Below, in pieces: positions 1 through 8,702 of a stretch of 24,000 nt of DNA. Below the pieces are notes generated by a model. The model did not search any database, was not told the origin of the DNA, and worked only from the letters and a program-made list of their open reading frames with translations. Numbering within the stretch: the stretch's first letter is position 1; every line of letters starts with the position of its first letter. Origin of the DNA: Thermovibrio guaymasensis (GTDB lineage Bacteria; Aquificota; Aquificia; Desulfurobacteriales; Desulfurobacteriaceae); the NCBI RefSeq assembly GCF_003633715.1, contig NZ_RBIE01000001.1:581331-605330 (forward strand), written 5' to 3'. The position numbers and the translations under genes were made by a program.

Positions 1-6
1 GTTCTC

Positions 7-714
7 TCAACTGCCATCCTTTTCCCTCCGGTCTGTAAAGTTTTCAGAGATTATACCTTTTCTTACTTCCTGGAGGTAGTTGTGGGCGAGCCTTGTCGGT
101 TCTGGAAGTCTGTACTTCGTTGAGAGCTTTAGAACCCAGTCTCGGGCTTCCTCGTTAGTTATGAGGTTTCCGGCTGAGACGTAAACAGGTTTTACGTTAC
201 TTCTAGTTCTTAACGAGTAGCCTATAACTTTTCCATCCTTTGGGTCCAGTATAGGCGTGTAGCACCCTTTCTCCCTGCAAGGCTCCTCTGTCTTTCCGTA
301 GAGGATCTTCTTTGCACACCCTACTGTAGGGACCTTCTCTACTACTCCAAAGTGGGCTGCAATTCCAAGTCCCCTCGGATGGGCTATTCCGTGGCCGTCA
401 ACGACTACAAGCTGTGGTCTGTTCTTAAGTTTTCTGAATGTCTTTATTAAAAGTGGGAGTTCCCTAAAGGCTAAAAAACCCGGGTAGTAGGGAATTTCCA
501 CTTTCATAACTTCGTACCTTTTCTCTACTACTTCCATCTCAGGATATCTAAGGACTACGAAGGCACCAATACCGATGGTTGGGTTTTTATAGGGGTCAAC
601 GAAGGTTAAATCGCATCCTCCTACTAACTTCGGTTCCTTTTTAAGAGGCTCAAGTTTTACCTTTTCCCTCAGTATCTCCTGAACTTTCCTTGCTCTGTTA
701 AAGAAGAACTTCAC
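7..714 (-). CDS. nfi: Endonuclease V (deoxyinosine 3' endonuclease)
   Basis: The 235-aa ORF carries the EndoV core VVDGHGIAHPRGLGIAAHFG, the upstream GGCD...AFVV block, and YVSxG near the C-terminus. The start codon is GTG (revcomp of 712-714), preceded by AAGGGGGG 3-4 nt upstream. It lies 9 nt downstream of the lptG stop. Confidence 0.85.
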   Translation of the reverse strand: MKFFFNRARKVQEILREKVKLEPLKKEPKLVGGCDLTFVDPYKNPTIGIGAFVVLRYPEMEVVEKRYEVMKVEIPYYPGFLAFRELPLLIKTFRKLKNRPQLVVVDGHGIAHPRGLGIAAHFGVVEKVPTVGCAKKILYGKTEEPCREKGCYTPILDPKDGKVIGYSLRTRSNVKPVYVSAGNLITNEEARDWVLKLSTKYRLPEPTRLAHNYLQEVRKGIISENFTDRREKDGS

Positions 715-723
715 TTTCCCCCC

Positions 724-1785
724 TTAAGTATCGACTCTTCCTAGGAGTGTTAGCCCTACTGCTCCAAAAATGAAAAGGGGAGCGAATGCAGCGTATGAAG
801 GTGGAAGAACTCCGCTCTTTCCAAGGCTTAGAAATAGAGAAATTACGATCCACATTGATACGATTAAGAGAGCTGCAAACAGGAGAGTGTATCCTCTTTT
901 GTTCCTTGGGTTGTAAACCCCAAAGGGAATCCCGATAATGACTGCAACGATAGGTAGAAGGGAGAGGGAAAGTCTTGAGTAGAGTTCAAGGCTGAGGTAA
1001 TCTGTTTCATAACCTATCCTTGATAGTCTTTTAATGGTTAAGAATAGTTGGGTTAGTCCCATACTTTCAGGTAAGGTTGAGGAGAGTAGGAGTTCCTTCG
1101 GGGTAATTTGCAAATTTAAGTCTTTCTCCTTGAACTTTTGGCTTTTAAGCTCTTCAAAGTCCCTCTCAAAACCTTCTTTTAACCTCCAGATACCATTTCT
1201 CCTATACTTTGCTTTTAAAGCATCAATTCTCTTTACAGGCTTTGTTCCGTTAACGCTCAAAACTGTTATCCTTTCTCCTTCCTTTTCAGCTGGTTTAAAG
1301 CTCCAAAAGAAGATGTACTGGTTCTTTTCGTTCTTTACCCAAATCCCGTTTATAGGAACTTTCTCTCCCTTTCTTTTCTCCATGAGTGCTTCGACTTCCT
1401 TTACCTTACTCAGCCCGGCTGGAACTACTTTTTCCTGAAGGAGTAGAGAGGAAAGAGAGGCAAGGGATGCTAAAAGTACTAGGGGAAGTGTGAACCTGTA
1501 AATACTTATCCCTAGTGCTTTTACAACTGTAAGTTCACTAGTTGAGGAAAACTTTGAGAGGGTAATCATTGCAGATAGTAAAACTGCTATCGGTATTACT
1601 CTGACTAAGTAAAGGGGAAACCTGCCGGTAACGTAAGTAACTTCCGTTTTTAAGCCGTACTTAATGAGAATTTCTAAGTTGCTAACCATGTCAATTACTG
1701 CAAATAGAGTGAGAAAGGTTAGGATACTCAAGGTAAAGTACTTTAGACTTTCGGTAAAAACGTACTTATCAAGGATTTTTACCAT
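724..1785 (-). CDS. lptG: LPS export ABC transporter permease, YjgP/YjgQ family (LptG-like)
   Basis: The 353-aa protein has N-terminal TM helices, a central soluble (periplasmic) domain and C-terminal TM helices, which is the typical LptF/LptG layout. Its ATG overlaps the upstream paralogue's stop (ATGGTAA, 7-nt overlap). The G versus F assignment rests only on gene order. Confidence 0.78.
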   Translation of the reverse strand: MVKILDKYVFTESLKYFTLSILTFLTLFAVIDMVSNLEILIKYGLKTEVTYVTGRFPLYLVRVIPIAVLLSAMITLSKFSSTSELTVVKALGISIYRFTLPLVLLASLASLSSLLLQEKVVPAGLSKVKEVEALMEKRKGEKVPINGIWVKNEKNQYIFFWSFKPAEKEGERITVLSVNGTKPVKRIDALKAKYRRNGIWRLKEGFERDFEELKSQKFKEKDLNLQITPKELLLSSTLPESMGLTQLFLTIKRLSRIGYETDYLSLELYSRLSLSLLPIVAVIIGIPFGVYNPRNKRGYTLLFAALLIVSMWIVISLFLSLGKSGVLPPSYAAFAPLFIFGAVGLTLLGRVDT

Positions 1786-2858
1786 CTTCCACCGATCTCT
1801 ATTTGGAGCTTTTCCTTTATAGTTCGTAGATAAAGTGGGACTGTAATTAGTCCAAATACTAAATCTGGAGTAAAGGCTAAGATAGGTACTCCCGTTTTAA
1901 CTGCCAATTTTTTACTAACTGTGTAAATTACGTAGTAAATAACTACGATTAGAAGTCCGAGAGTTACTCCGGTTCCCACTGCTCCCCTTGGAAGGGAAAC
2001 GGCTACTGAGAAGGCAAGGAGCCCTACTATTAGGGGGGCGAGTGATAGGGAGAGTCTCTTTATAATCTCGGCTCTGCTTTCTATACTTCCGTCTTCAATC
2101 AGCTGAAAGAGTGTTTTATATTTCTTTGCTTTAAACTGCTCCTTTTTTGAGAACTTGTAGAGCTCCACTGTGTAACTCTTAAATGAAAGGAACTTTAGTC
2201 CTTCCGGCTTTTTCCAGTCTATAACTTGGGCATTCCCGTTAAATATATCTAAGAAAACGCTGTCCCCTTTGGTTCTTAGAACGCCTTTCTCTCCAAATAT
2301 AGTTATCAGTTGAAGTTTTTTCTGGATTGATACCATGAAGTTAAGGATGTACCCCTTTTCGGGGTAGATCTTCTCAACGTAAAAGGTAACTCCCGGGAAG
2401 TTGGAAGAGAATTTCTTGGGGGTTATGTTCATCGTTATCTTCTTCTTCAGGAGTTGAGTAATTTCCTTTTTCACCTCAACGTTGCTCTTTGGCGCAATGA
2501 ACATGAGAGATAGGAACGATAGTAGTGAGAAGAGGAGACCGAGAACTATTACCGGCTTGGAAATGTCTTTAATGCTGATTCCGCACGACTTTAAGGCCAC
2601 AAGTTCGTTAGAACTTCCCATCTGTATAAAAGTTATGAGGACGGAGATTACGAAAGATATGGGAATTACTATTCCTAAGAAGGAAGGAACTGTCTTAATT
2701 AGGACGCTGAGAAAGTCAAGGAAGCCTACCCCCTGACCTAAAACCGTTTCAGCTATGAATGATGCCCTATCCATCAGAATGATGAAGATGAAGAGGGATG
2801 TAGTTAGAGTTACTGCCTTTAATACCTCAATTCCAATGTACCTGTAGAGTATTTTCAT
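1779..2858 (-). CDS. lptF: LPS export ABC transporter permease, YjgP/YjgQ family (LptF-like)
   Basis: The 359-aa protein has the same TM / periplasmic domain / TM architecture as the downstream paralogue. Its ATG forms a 4-nt ATGA overlap with the secF stop. Confidence 0.78.
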   Translation of the reverse strand: MKILYRYIGIEVLKAVTLTTSLFIFIILMDRASFIAETVLGQGVGFLDFLSVLIKTVPSFLGIVIPISFVISVLITFIQMGSSNELVALKSCGISIKDISKPVIVLGLLFSLLSFLSLMFIAPKSNVEVKKEITQLLKKKITMNITPKKFSSNFPGVTFYVEKIYPEKGYILNFMVSIQKKLQLITIFGEKGVLRTKGDSVFLDIFNGNAQVIDWKKPEGLKFLSFKSYTVELYKFSKKEQFKAKKYKTLFQLIEDGSIESRAEIIKRLSLSLAPLIVGLLAFSVAVSLPRGAVGTGVTLGLLIVVIYYVIYTVSKKLAVKTGVPILAFTPDLVFGLITVPLYLRTIKEKLQIEIGGRW

Positions 2859-3739
2859 TTTTCCTTTTTAACGTACCTGTACCAGTCAACTACTATAGCA
2901 CTTGCAATAAAGATTGATGAGTAGGTTCCGACGATTATTCCTACAAGGAGTACAAACGCAAAGTCGTTTATTACTCCGCCTCCAAACAGGTAAAGGCATA
3001 GGACAACGAACAGCGTTGTTAACGATGTTATGACTGTCCTTGAGAGGGTTTGGCTTATACTATCGTTAACTATCTCCTCAAAGGGTCTACTCCTAAGTAA
3101 GACCTTCATGTTCTCCCTTATCCTGTCGTAAACAACGATCGTGTCGTTAATGGAGTATCCGATAACTGTAAGCAAAGCTGCAATGACGGGAAGGCTAAAC
3201 TCCCTTCCAACGCTCATGAAGATTCCGACGGTAGCTAGTGAGTCGTGAACGAGGGCCAAAATTGCTCCACATGCGAAGATGGGCTCAAACCTCCATGCTA
3301 CGTAGATTAGGATTCCTATTAGGGCGTAAATTATCGCCATTATTCCCTTTTCTTTGAGTTCCTTTCCGATTGTTGGACCTATCATTTCAACTTTTAGGAC
3401 TGTTAGCTTTCCGTCAAACTCTTCCTTTAAAGTTTTCCTTATCTTTGAAACTGTTTCATTCGGATCTCCCTGAACAGGAGCTTTTATAAGAAAAGCTCTT
3501 TCACCTTCAACGTTCTGGACTGAGACCCCCTCCACTTTCCCTTTAAGTAGGTTTCTGATCGTTTCTGTATTAACGTTTTCCTGGTTAATCCTTACCTCAA
3601 CCAGAGTTCCTCCGGTAAAGTCAATTCCAAACTTAGGTCCCTTAACGAAAGCTCCGTAAAACCAGCTTCCAGCTATCAGAAGGAGTGAAAGGAGGTAGGC
3701 TAGGTGCCTCTTTCCGATAAAGTCAAACTTCCTTTTCAT
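2855..3739 (-). CDS. secF: Protein translocase subunit SecF
   Basis: The 294-aa protein starts with an N-terminal TM helix followed by GIDFTGGT. The C-terminal RND-like TM bundle contains YSINDTIVVYDRIREN. The gene sits 9 nt downstream of secD, with GGGAG ahead of the ATG. Confidence 0.92.
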   Translation of the reverse strand: MKRKFDFIGKRHLAYLLSLLLIAGSWFYGAFVKGPKFGIDFTGGTLVEVRINQENVNTETIRNLLKGKVEGVSVQNVEGERAFLIKAPVQGDPNETVSKIRKTLKEEFDGKLTVLKVEMIGPTIGKELKEKGIMAIIYALIGILIYVAWRFEPIFACGAILALVHDSLATVGIFMSVGREFSLPVIAALLTVIGYSINDTIVVYDRIRENMKVLLRSRPFEEIVNDSISQTLSRTVITSLTTLFVVLCLYLFGGGVINDFAFVLLVGIIVGTYSSIFIASAIVVDWYRYVKKEK

Positions 3740-3748
3740 CAGAGCTCC

Positions 3749-5419
3749 CTATATCCTAAGTAGTGATGGTTTGTACCTTACCAGTAAGTCAAGGAGGACT
3801 TTCGTCACAAAGACGGCTGTGAACATACTGGTTAGAATACCCAAGGAGAGGGTAACTGCAAATCCTTTAATCGGCCCGGTTCCAAACTGGAATAGAACTG
3901 CTGCAGCAATTAAGGTTGTAATGTTTGCGTCAAGAATTGTTCCCCAAGCCCTTGAAAATCCTGCTTCAACTGAAGGGAAAAGGTTTCTTCCCTTCCTTAA
4001 TTCTTCTTTAATTCTTTCAAAAATTATTACATTTGCGTCAACTGCCATACCAATTGTCAAAATGAATCCTGCAATTCCAGGGAGCGTAAGGGTTGCACCA
4101 ATTAAGGCCATAAGTGCCCAAAGCAGAATAACGTTCATTAGTAGGGCAACGTCTGCAATTACTCCTGCAGTTTTGTAGTAGACCATCATGAATAGCATTA
4201 CGATTACTAAACCTGCCACTCCCGCCTTTATTCCCTTTTCGACCGATTCTTTACCTAGTGACGGTCCAACCGTCGTTTCTTCAACAATCTTTACAGGTGC
4301 AGGGAGGGCTCCCGCCCTTAAGACTATTGATAGGTCCCTTGCTTCCTGGTAGGAGAACTGGCCGGAAATCTGGCCCCTTGCTCCGATTTGGCTCCTTATC
4401 ACAGGAGCTGACTGGACTTTATTGTCAAGGACTATTGCAAGGCGTGTTCCTATGTGTTTTGCAGTGTACTCCTCAAAGATCCTTGCTCCTTCGGAGTTAA
4501 GGATAAAGCTAACTGCCGGCATGCCAAGTTCATCCCTGCTGGGGTAGGCATCTTTAAGGTAAGCGCCCGTTAGTATAGGCTCTCTCTTTACTATGAAAAA
4601 GTTGTAGCCGACAACTTTCCCGTTTTTATCCTTTATCTCCTGGATTAAAACTTGTTTATCTTCTGGAACTCTCCCACCGAACTTCTTAACGAGTTCCTCA
4701 AGGGAGGAAACCTTAACTTCTTCCCTCTTTCCGTCCTTTATCAGGTAGAACTTTGGCCCTGTTGGAGATGGCTCAACTAAGAGACTGCTCCCTTGAGGGA
4801 TAGTTCCCCCTAGCTTTCCTACGAGTTCTTCGGGGCTCCTTGCTACGTCAACGACTTCTTTAAACTCTAAGTTTGCTACTTTTCCAATTACCTTTTTGGC
4901 CCTTTCCGGGTCTTTAACGCCGGGGAGCTCTACTATAATCCTATCCTTTCCGTTCCTAACTATTACAGGTTCTGCAACTCCCAGCTGGTCAATCCTGTTC
5001 CTTATGGTCTCAAGGGCCTGTTCTGCAAGCCTATCTACCTCCTTTGATACGTAGGAGGGTTTAAGGAAGAGCTCTATCTTCTTACCCGAAACTTTTATGT
5101 TGAACATGCTACCGTAATCTTCTTTTATGATTTCAACTGCCTTTTTGACTGAATCCTCTGTTAAGAGTTCTATCTCAACCTTTTTCCCTTCCCTCTTTAG
5201 GTTTAAAACTGGAATATCTTCAGATTCAAGCCTCTTCTTAATGTCCCTTGCTGCATTTAAAGCTTCCGTTTCAAGGGCCTTTTCCGTATCAATCTGGAGG
5301 ACTAAGTGAGTTCCACCCTTTAGGTCAAGTCCGAGGTTAATTGGCTTTGTTAGTGCAACGTAGATGGCGCCTAAGAGTACTGCTAAAACGAAAACTACTT
5401 TCCACTTAAGGTTCTTCAT
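3749..5419 (-). CDS. secD: Protein translocase subunit SecD
   Basis: The 556-aa protein has an N-terminal TM helix, LGLDLKGGTHL, a large periplasmic P1 domain, and a C-terminal 5-TM block containing GMAVDANVIIFERIKEE. Confidence 0.93.
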   Translation of the reverse strand: MKNLKWKVVFVLAVLLGAIYVALTKPINLGLDLKGGTHLVLQIDTEKALETEALNAARDIKKRLESEDIPVLNLKREGKKVEIELLTEDSVKKAVEIIKEDYGSMFNIKVSGKKIELFLKPSYVSKEVDRLAEQALETIRNRIDQLGVAEPVIVRNGKDRIIVELPGVKDPERAKKVIGKVANLEFKEVVDVARSPEELVGKLGGTIPQGSSLLVEPSPTGPKFYLIKDGKREEVKVSSLEELVKKFGGRVPEDKQVLIQEIKDKNGKVVGYNFFIVKREPILTGAYLKDAYPSRDELGMPAVSFILNSEGARIFEEYTAKHIGTRLAIVLDNKVQSAPVIRSQIGARGQISGQFSYQEARDLSIVLRAGALPAPVKIVEETTVGPSLGKESVEKGIKAGVAGLVIVMLFMMVYYKTAGVIADVALLMNVILLWALMALIGATLTLPGIAGFILTIGMAVDANVIIFERIKEELRKGRNLFPSVEAGFSRAWGTILDANITTLIAAAVLFQFGTGPIKGFAVTLSLGILTSMFTAVFVTKVLLDLLVRYKPSLLRI

Positions 5420-5454
5420 TTCCCAGACTCCCCGCTTTTGTCGGCCAAAGTTTA

Positions 5455-6306
5455 CTACATGTAGACTTTAACGCTGGCCTCCTTCTTTAGCCTATCTGTG
5501 TAGTCCTTAAGGGCTTTTTGAAACTTCCTCATGTAGATTTCTTGCTTTATCTTCTCCCTGTCGCACTTGCCCGTTTCTTCACTCTTAACGAAGACTATGA
5601 AGTAGCCCTTATCAGTTCTAACCAGCTTGTACTGACCTGGCTTGAGGCTCCAAATGGCTTCGTCAAGGGGTTTTACCAGCATTCCCCTTGTTACTCTACC
5701 TATGTAACCTCCCCTCTCGGCAGTAGCCCTGTCCTGGCTCAGTTCTCTTGCGACTTTCTCAAAGGAGACTCCTTCTTTTAGAAGTGAAAGGGCCTTCTCT
5801 GCAGTTTCCTGGGAAGTTGTGTAGATGTAGTAAACCTCCCTTACAGGTTTACTCTCCACTTTCCTGCAGTACTTCTCAACTTCAACGGGGGACACTTCAA
5901 CCTTTGACTTAACCTCTTTTGCTATTAACTTTGTAATGAGGAGCTGTTCCCTCAGCTTTTCCTTAACGTCTTTAATGGTGAGACCCTCCCTTTTGAGGGC
6001 CTCTTCAAACTCCTTTTCACTCTTGAAACCGCTTCTCTCTATAAGGTCTTTAAGGGCCCTTTGAAGCTCCCTGTCTGAGACCTTTAAACCCTTTTTCTTG
6101 GCCTCTGTTAAAAGGATCTTCTTCTCAATAAGTCTATCCCTTGCAACTCTCAGGTCGTTTATTCCCTTTTCCTTTGCAAACTTAACGACTTCGCTGTAGA
6201 GAACTGGCTCCCCATTTACAACCGCAGCTATGAAGTCAACTACCTTTGAGTAACTAACGGTTGGGAGGATAACTATCAAAAGGAGGTAAAGGAGAAGCCT
6301 TTTCAT
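5455..6306 (-). CDS. Periplasmic SurA-like chaperone with a parvulin-type PPIase domain
   Basis: The 283-aa protein has a signal peptide (MKRLLLYLLLIVILPTVSYS) and a SurA_N-like helical region (IAAVVNGEPVLYSEV...). A C-terminal parvulin-like segment follows (...SQDRATAERGGYIGRVTRGMLVKPLDEAIWSLKPGQ). AAGGAGGGAAA precedes the ATG. Confidence 0.7.
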   Translation of the reverse strand: MKRLLLYLLLIVILPTVSYSKVVDFIAAVVNGEPVLYSEVVKFAKEKGINDLRVARDRLIEKKILLTEAKKKGLKVSDRELQRALKDLIERSGFKSEKEFEEALKREGLTIKDVKEKLREQLLITKLIAKEVKSKVEVSPVEVEKYCRKVESKPVREVYYIYTTSQETAEKALSLLKEGVSFEKVARELSQDRATAERGGYIGRVTRGMLVKPLDEAIWSLKPGQYKLVRTDKGYFIVFVKSEETGKCDREKIKQEIYMRKFQKALKDYTDRLKKEASVKVYM

Positions 6307-6315
6307 TTTCCCTCC

Positions 6316-6867
6316 TTACTTGCCGTTTATCTGGACTTTTCCCTTCTTTTGGAGTTCCATAACGTACTTTTTAATTGCCTTTCTGAAGGCCTCCTGCTCT
6401 TTCTGCTGTTTGAGAGACTGAACTATGAAAGGTTTGAGTGACTGGAAGGGAATTTGTTTTCCGTTTGGATCTATAAACTGCTTTTTATTCTTCTCATAAA
6501 AAGCCCTTGCCTCCTCGTCCGTTACGTTAACTTTAGGGACTTTAACGTGTTTCCTTATGAGTTCCTGAACTAGTATCCTCCTTTTGGCCAGTTCCAACTC
6601 TTTTTGAACTTTCGGGTCCTTCTCTATTCCCTCCTTTTGGGCTTCCTGGTAGAGGATCTCTTCCTTAACCATGTTCTCAAGGACCATTTTCCTGAACTGA
6701 GGGTTATTCTTAAGTCCTTGATATTTAGCGGGCAGACTGTCAATTGCACTGTTGAGCTGGCTTTCCGTAATTTTCTTGCCGTTAACTGTTGCTAAGACCT
6801 TATCTGCCGCCATTGATGAAGTTGAGGCTGAAGCTACGATTAGAGCCGTTAGAAGTGCCTTTTTCAT
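6316..6867 (-). CDS. Periplasmic SurA N-domain-only chaperone-like protein (no PPIase domain)
   Basis: The ORF track gives 257 aa starting at 7089. An internal ATG at 6867 is preceded by GGAGGAAAA and opens a clean signal peptide (MKKALLTALIVASASTSSMAADK), followed by LATVNGKKITESQL, a SurA_N-type motif. The upstream 74 codons overlap yceD and the promoter region and look non-coding. The corrected product is 183 aa. Confidence 0.65.
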   Translation of the reverse strand: MKKALLTALIVASASTSSMAADKVLATVNGKKITESQLNSAIDSLPAKYQGLKNNPQFRKMVLENMVKEEILYQEAQKEGIEKDPKVQKELELAKRRILVQELIRKHVKVPKVNVTDEEARAFYEKNKKQFIDPNGKQIPFQSLKPFIVQSLKQQKEQEAFRKAIKKYVMELQKKGKVQINGK

Positions 6868-6898
6868 TTTTCCTCCAAAAGCAATTATTTGGTGAATA

Positions 6899-6950
6899 AA
6901 CTTACTACTAAATTGAAGTAATTGCAAAGATTGGCTGATAGCATATTTTA
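6899..6950. promoter_or_regulatory. Putative back-to-back sigma70-type promoters sharing one palindromic -35 hexamer
   Basis: TTGCAA at 6922-6927 is its own reverse complement. On the plus strand it is followed after 16 nt by TATTTT (6944-6949), upstream of yceD. On the minus strand it is followed after 17 nt by TAAGTT (revcomp of 6899-6904), upstream of the SurA-like operon. This is pattern matching only. Confidence 0.25.
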
Positions 6951-6982
6951 TCCACCGTCCTAAACCTTTTTCTGGGTGAGAA

Positions 6983-7507
6983 ATGAAGAGGAAAGTCAAT
7001 TTAAGTGAAGTTACAGTAAAGGAGCCTATTAAGGTTGATACTGAAATACAGCCTTCACTGGTGGAGCTCCCCCCTGAGGAAGTTAGCAAGTCTTCCCCCT
7101 TTAAACTCCACCTTGAGGTAAAGAAAAAGCCCGTAGGTTATCAGGTTAAAGGTAGGGTTACGGGAGAGGTTGAGCTTACCTGTAGTAGGTGTTTAAAGAA
7201 GTTTAGCCATAAGGTTGATAGGGAGTTTAATTACGATCTGATGCCGACTTCCCAAATAAGCGGAGGGCAGATAAAGTCTGGGGAACTTGATATAAAATTC
7301 TCCGATGAAAGTATCCTTGACCTTGCCGAAGTTGTTCAGGAGCAGGTTATGTTGGAGCTCCCCGTTAAGCCCCTTTGCAGCCCTGAGTGTAAGGAGGTTA
7401 AGTACACAGAAGGGGAGTTTGAGGAGGAAGAGGAGAAGAGAGAAGTTGATAAGAGATGGGAGAAGTTAAAGGAACTTCAAAATAAACTAAGGGAAAAGGA
7501 GAAGTAA
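6983..7507 (+). CDS. yceD: YceD/DUF177 family protein (large-subunit ribosomal protein L32 accumulation factor)
   Basis: The 174-aa protein has CSRCL...CSPEC cysteine pairs and an acidic C-terminal tail. It sits immediately upstream of rpmF-plsX-fabH, which is the conserved bacterial context. Confidence 0.85.
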   Translation: MKRKVNLSEVTVKEPIKVDTEIQPSLVELPPEEVSKSSPFKLHLEVKKKPVGYQVKGRVTGEVELTCSRCLKKFSHKVDREFNYDLMPTSQISGGQIKSGELDIKFSDESILDLAEVVQEQVMLELPVKPLCSPECKEVKYTEGEFEEEEEKREVDKRWEKLKELQNKLREKEK

Positions 7508-7508
7508 G

Positions 7509-7688
7509 ATGGCAGTTCCAAAGAGAAAAGTCTCAAGAACTAGAAGGGACAAGAGGAGAACTCACTGGAAGGCCAAGAACCCTGCTATCTCCGTCTGCCC
7601 CAACTGTCTTCAGCCAAAGCTTCCTCACAGGGTTTGCAGGCACTGTGGTTACTACAAAGGGGAGACAGTTGTAGAGGTAGAGGAGTAA
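7509..7688 (+). CDS. rpmF: 50S ribosomal protein L32 (zinc-ribbon form)
   Basis: This gene is absent from the ORF track because it is under 60 aa. My own translation is [59 protein letters not shown]. It has the canonical MAVPKRK start and a CxxC...CxxC pattern. AAGGAGAAG precedes the ATG, and the stop directly abuts the plsX ATG. Confidence 0.92.
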   Translation: MAVPKRKVSRTRRDKRRTHWKAKNPAISVCPNCLQPKLPHRVCRHCGYYKGETVVEVEE

Positions 7689-8702
7689 ATGAGGATTGTC
7701 CTTGATGCCATGGGGGGTGACTTTGCCCCCCAGGTTCCCGTAATGGGAGCTGTTCAGGCCGTAAAGGAGCTGGGCGTAAAAGTTTTCCTAACGGGGAAGA
7801 AGGAACTTGTAGAGAGCGAACTTAAAAAGTACTCCTATCCTGAAGACTTAATTGAAGTAGTTGATGCTTCCCAGTCTGTTAGTATGGATGAACAACCTTC
7901 AAAGGCCCTCAGGAAGAGGGACTCCTCAATCCACGTAGGCCTTAACCTCGTTAAAGAGGGGAGGGCCGATGCCTTCGTTAGTGCAGGTAACACCGGTGCG
8001 GTTATGGCCATATCCCTCTTCACAGTTGGAAGGATAAGGGGGGTTGAAAGACCTGCCATTACGGCCGTTCTTCCAAACCTTACCGGCTATACTTTCCTAC
8101 TTGACGTTGGAGCGAACGTTGACTGTAAGCCCTTTCACCTTCTCCAGTTTGCGGTTATGGGTAGCGCTTACGCCCGTTACGTCCTCGATGAGGAGAGGCC
8201 AAGGGTTGGTCTTTTAAACGTTGGAGAGGAGGAAGGAAAGGGAAACGAACTGGCTAAGGAAGCCTATAGGCTCCTTAAGGATGCTAAGGATAAGGGCCTT
8301 AACTTTATTGGGAATGCTGAAGGAAGGGATATTTATTCTGGGAAATTTGACGTTATAGTTTGTGACGGTTTTGTAGGTAACGTTTGTTTAAAGTTGAGTG
8401 AAAGTATAGCTAAAACTCTTGCAAAGATCCTGAAGGAAGAGATAGATAAGCACTTCATCTCAAAAATTGGTGCAATAACTCTAAAGCCGGCGATAAAGGG
8501 CTTTAAAAGGAGAATTGATTACGCAGAGATTGGTGGAGCTCCCCTTCTTGGTCTAAACGCTCCTGTTATAATCTCCCATGGGAGCTCAAACGCAAAAGCG
8601 ATAAAGAACGCTATTAAAACAGCTACCCGTTTTGTAAAGAGCGAACTTAACAGACACATAGAGGAAGAGATAGAGAGGTTCGGGAAGTCAAATGGGAGTT
8701 AG
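7689..8702 (+). CDS. plsX: Phosphate acyltransferase PlsX
   Basis: The 337-aa protein begins MRIVLDAMGGDFAP and contains SAGNTGA, CDGFVGN and ISHGSS, all typical PlsX blocks. Confidence 0.94.
   Translation: MRIVLDAMGGDFAPQVPVMGAVQAVKELGVKVFLTGKKELVESELKKYSYPEDLIEVVDASQSVSMDEQPSKALRKRDSSIHVGLNLVKEGRADAFVSAGNTGAVMAISLFTVGRIRGVERPAITAVLPNLTGYTFLLDVGANVDCKPFHLLQFAVMGSAYARYVLDEERPRVGLLNVGEEEGKGNELAKEAYRLLKDAKDKGLNFIGNAEGRDIYSGKFDVIVCDGFVGNVCLKLSESIAKTLAKILKEEIDKHFISKIGAITLKPAIKGFKRRIDYAEIGGAPLLGLNAPVIISHGSSNAKAIKNAIKTATRFVKSELNRHIEEEIERFGKSNGS

Noticed and set aside
1034-5781. Plus-strand ORFs within lptG, lptF, secD and the SurA-like gene: 1034-1438, 2482-2736, 3771-4178, 4258-4500, 5127-5309 and 5518-5781.
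   Set aside because: All lie antisense to well-supported membrane or periplasmic protein genes. Their S/F/L/R-rich translations are typical of reverse-complement reading of K/E/L-rich codons, and none has an RBS.
6868-7089. The N-terminal 74 codons of the 257-aa ORF (6316-7089, minus strand), which would overlap yceD by about 107 nt.
   Set aside because: The extension ([17 protein letters not shown]...) has no protein-like features and runs through the divergent promoter region into yceD. An internal ATG at 6867 has a strong GGAGG site and starts a textbook signal peptide.
7405-7507. A purine-rich GAG/GAA/AAG run at the 3' end of yceD, as a possible repeat element.
   Set aside because: It simply encodes the acidic/basic low-complexity tail [32 protein letters not shown]. 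It has no periodic unit and no second copy elsewhere in the window.
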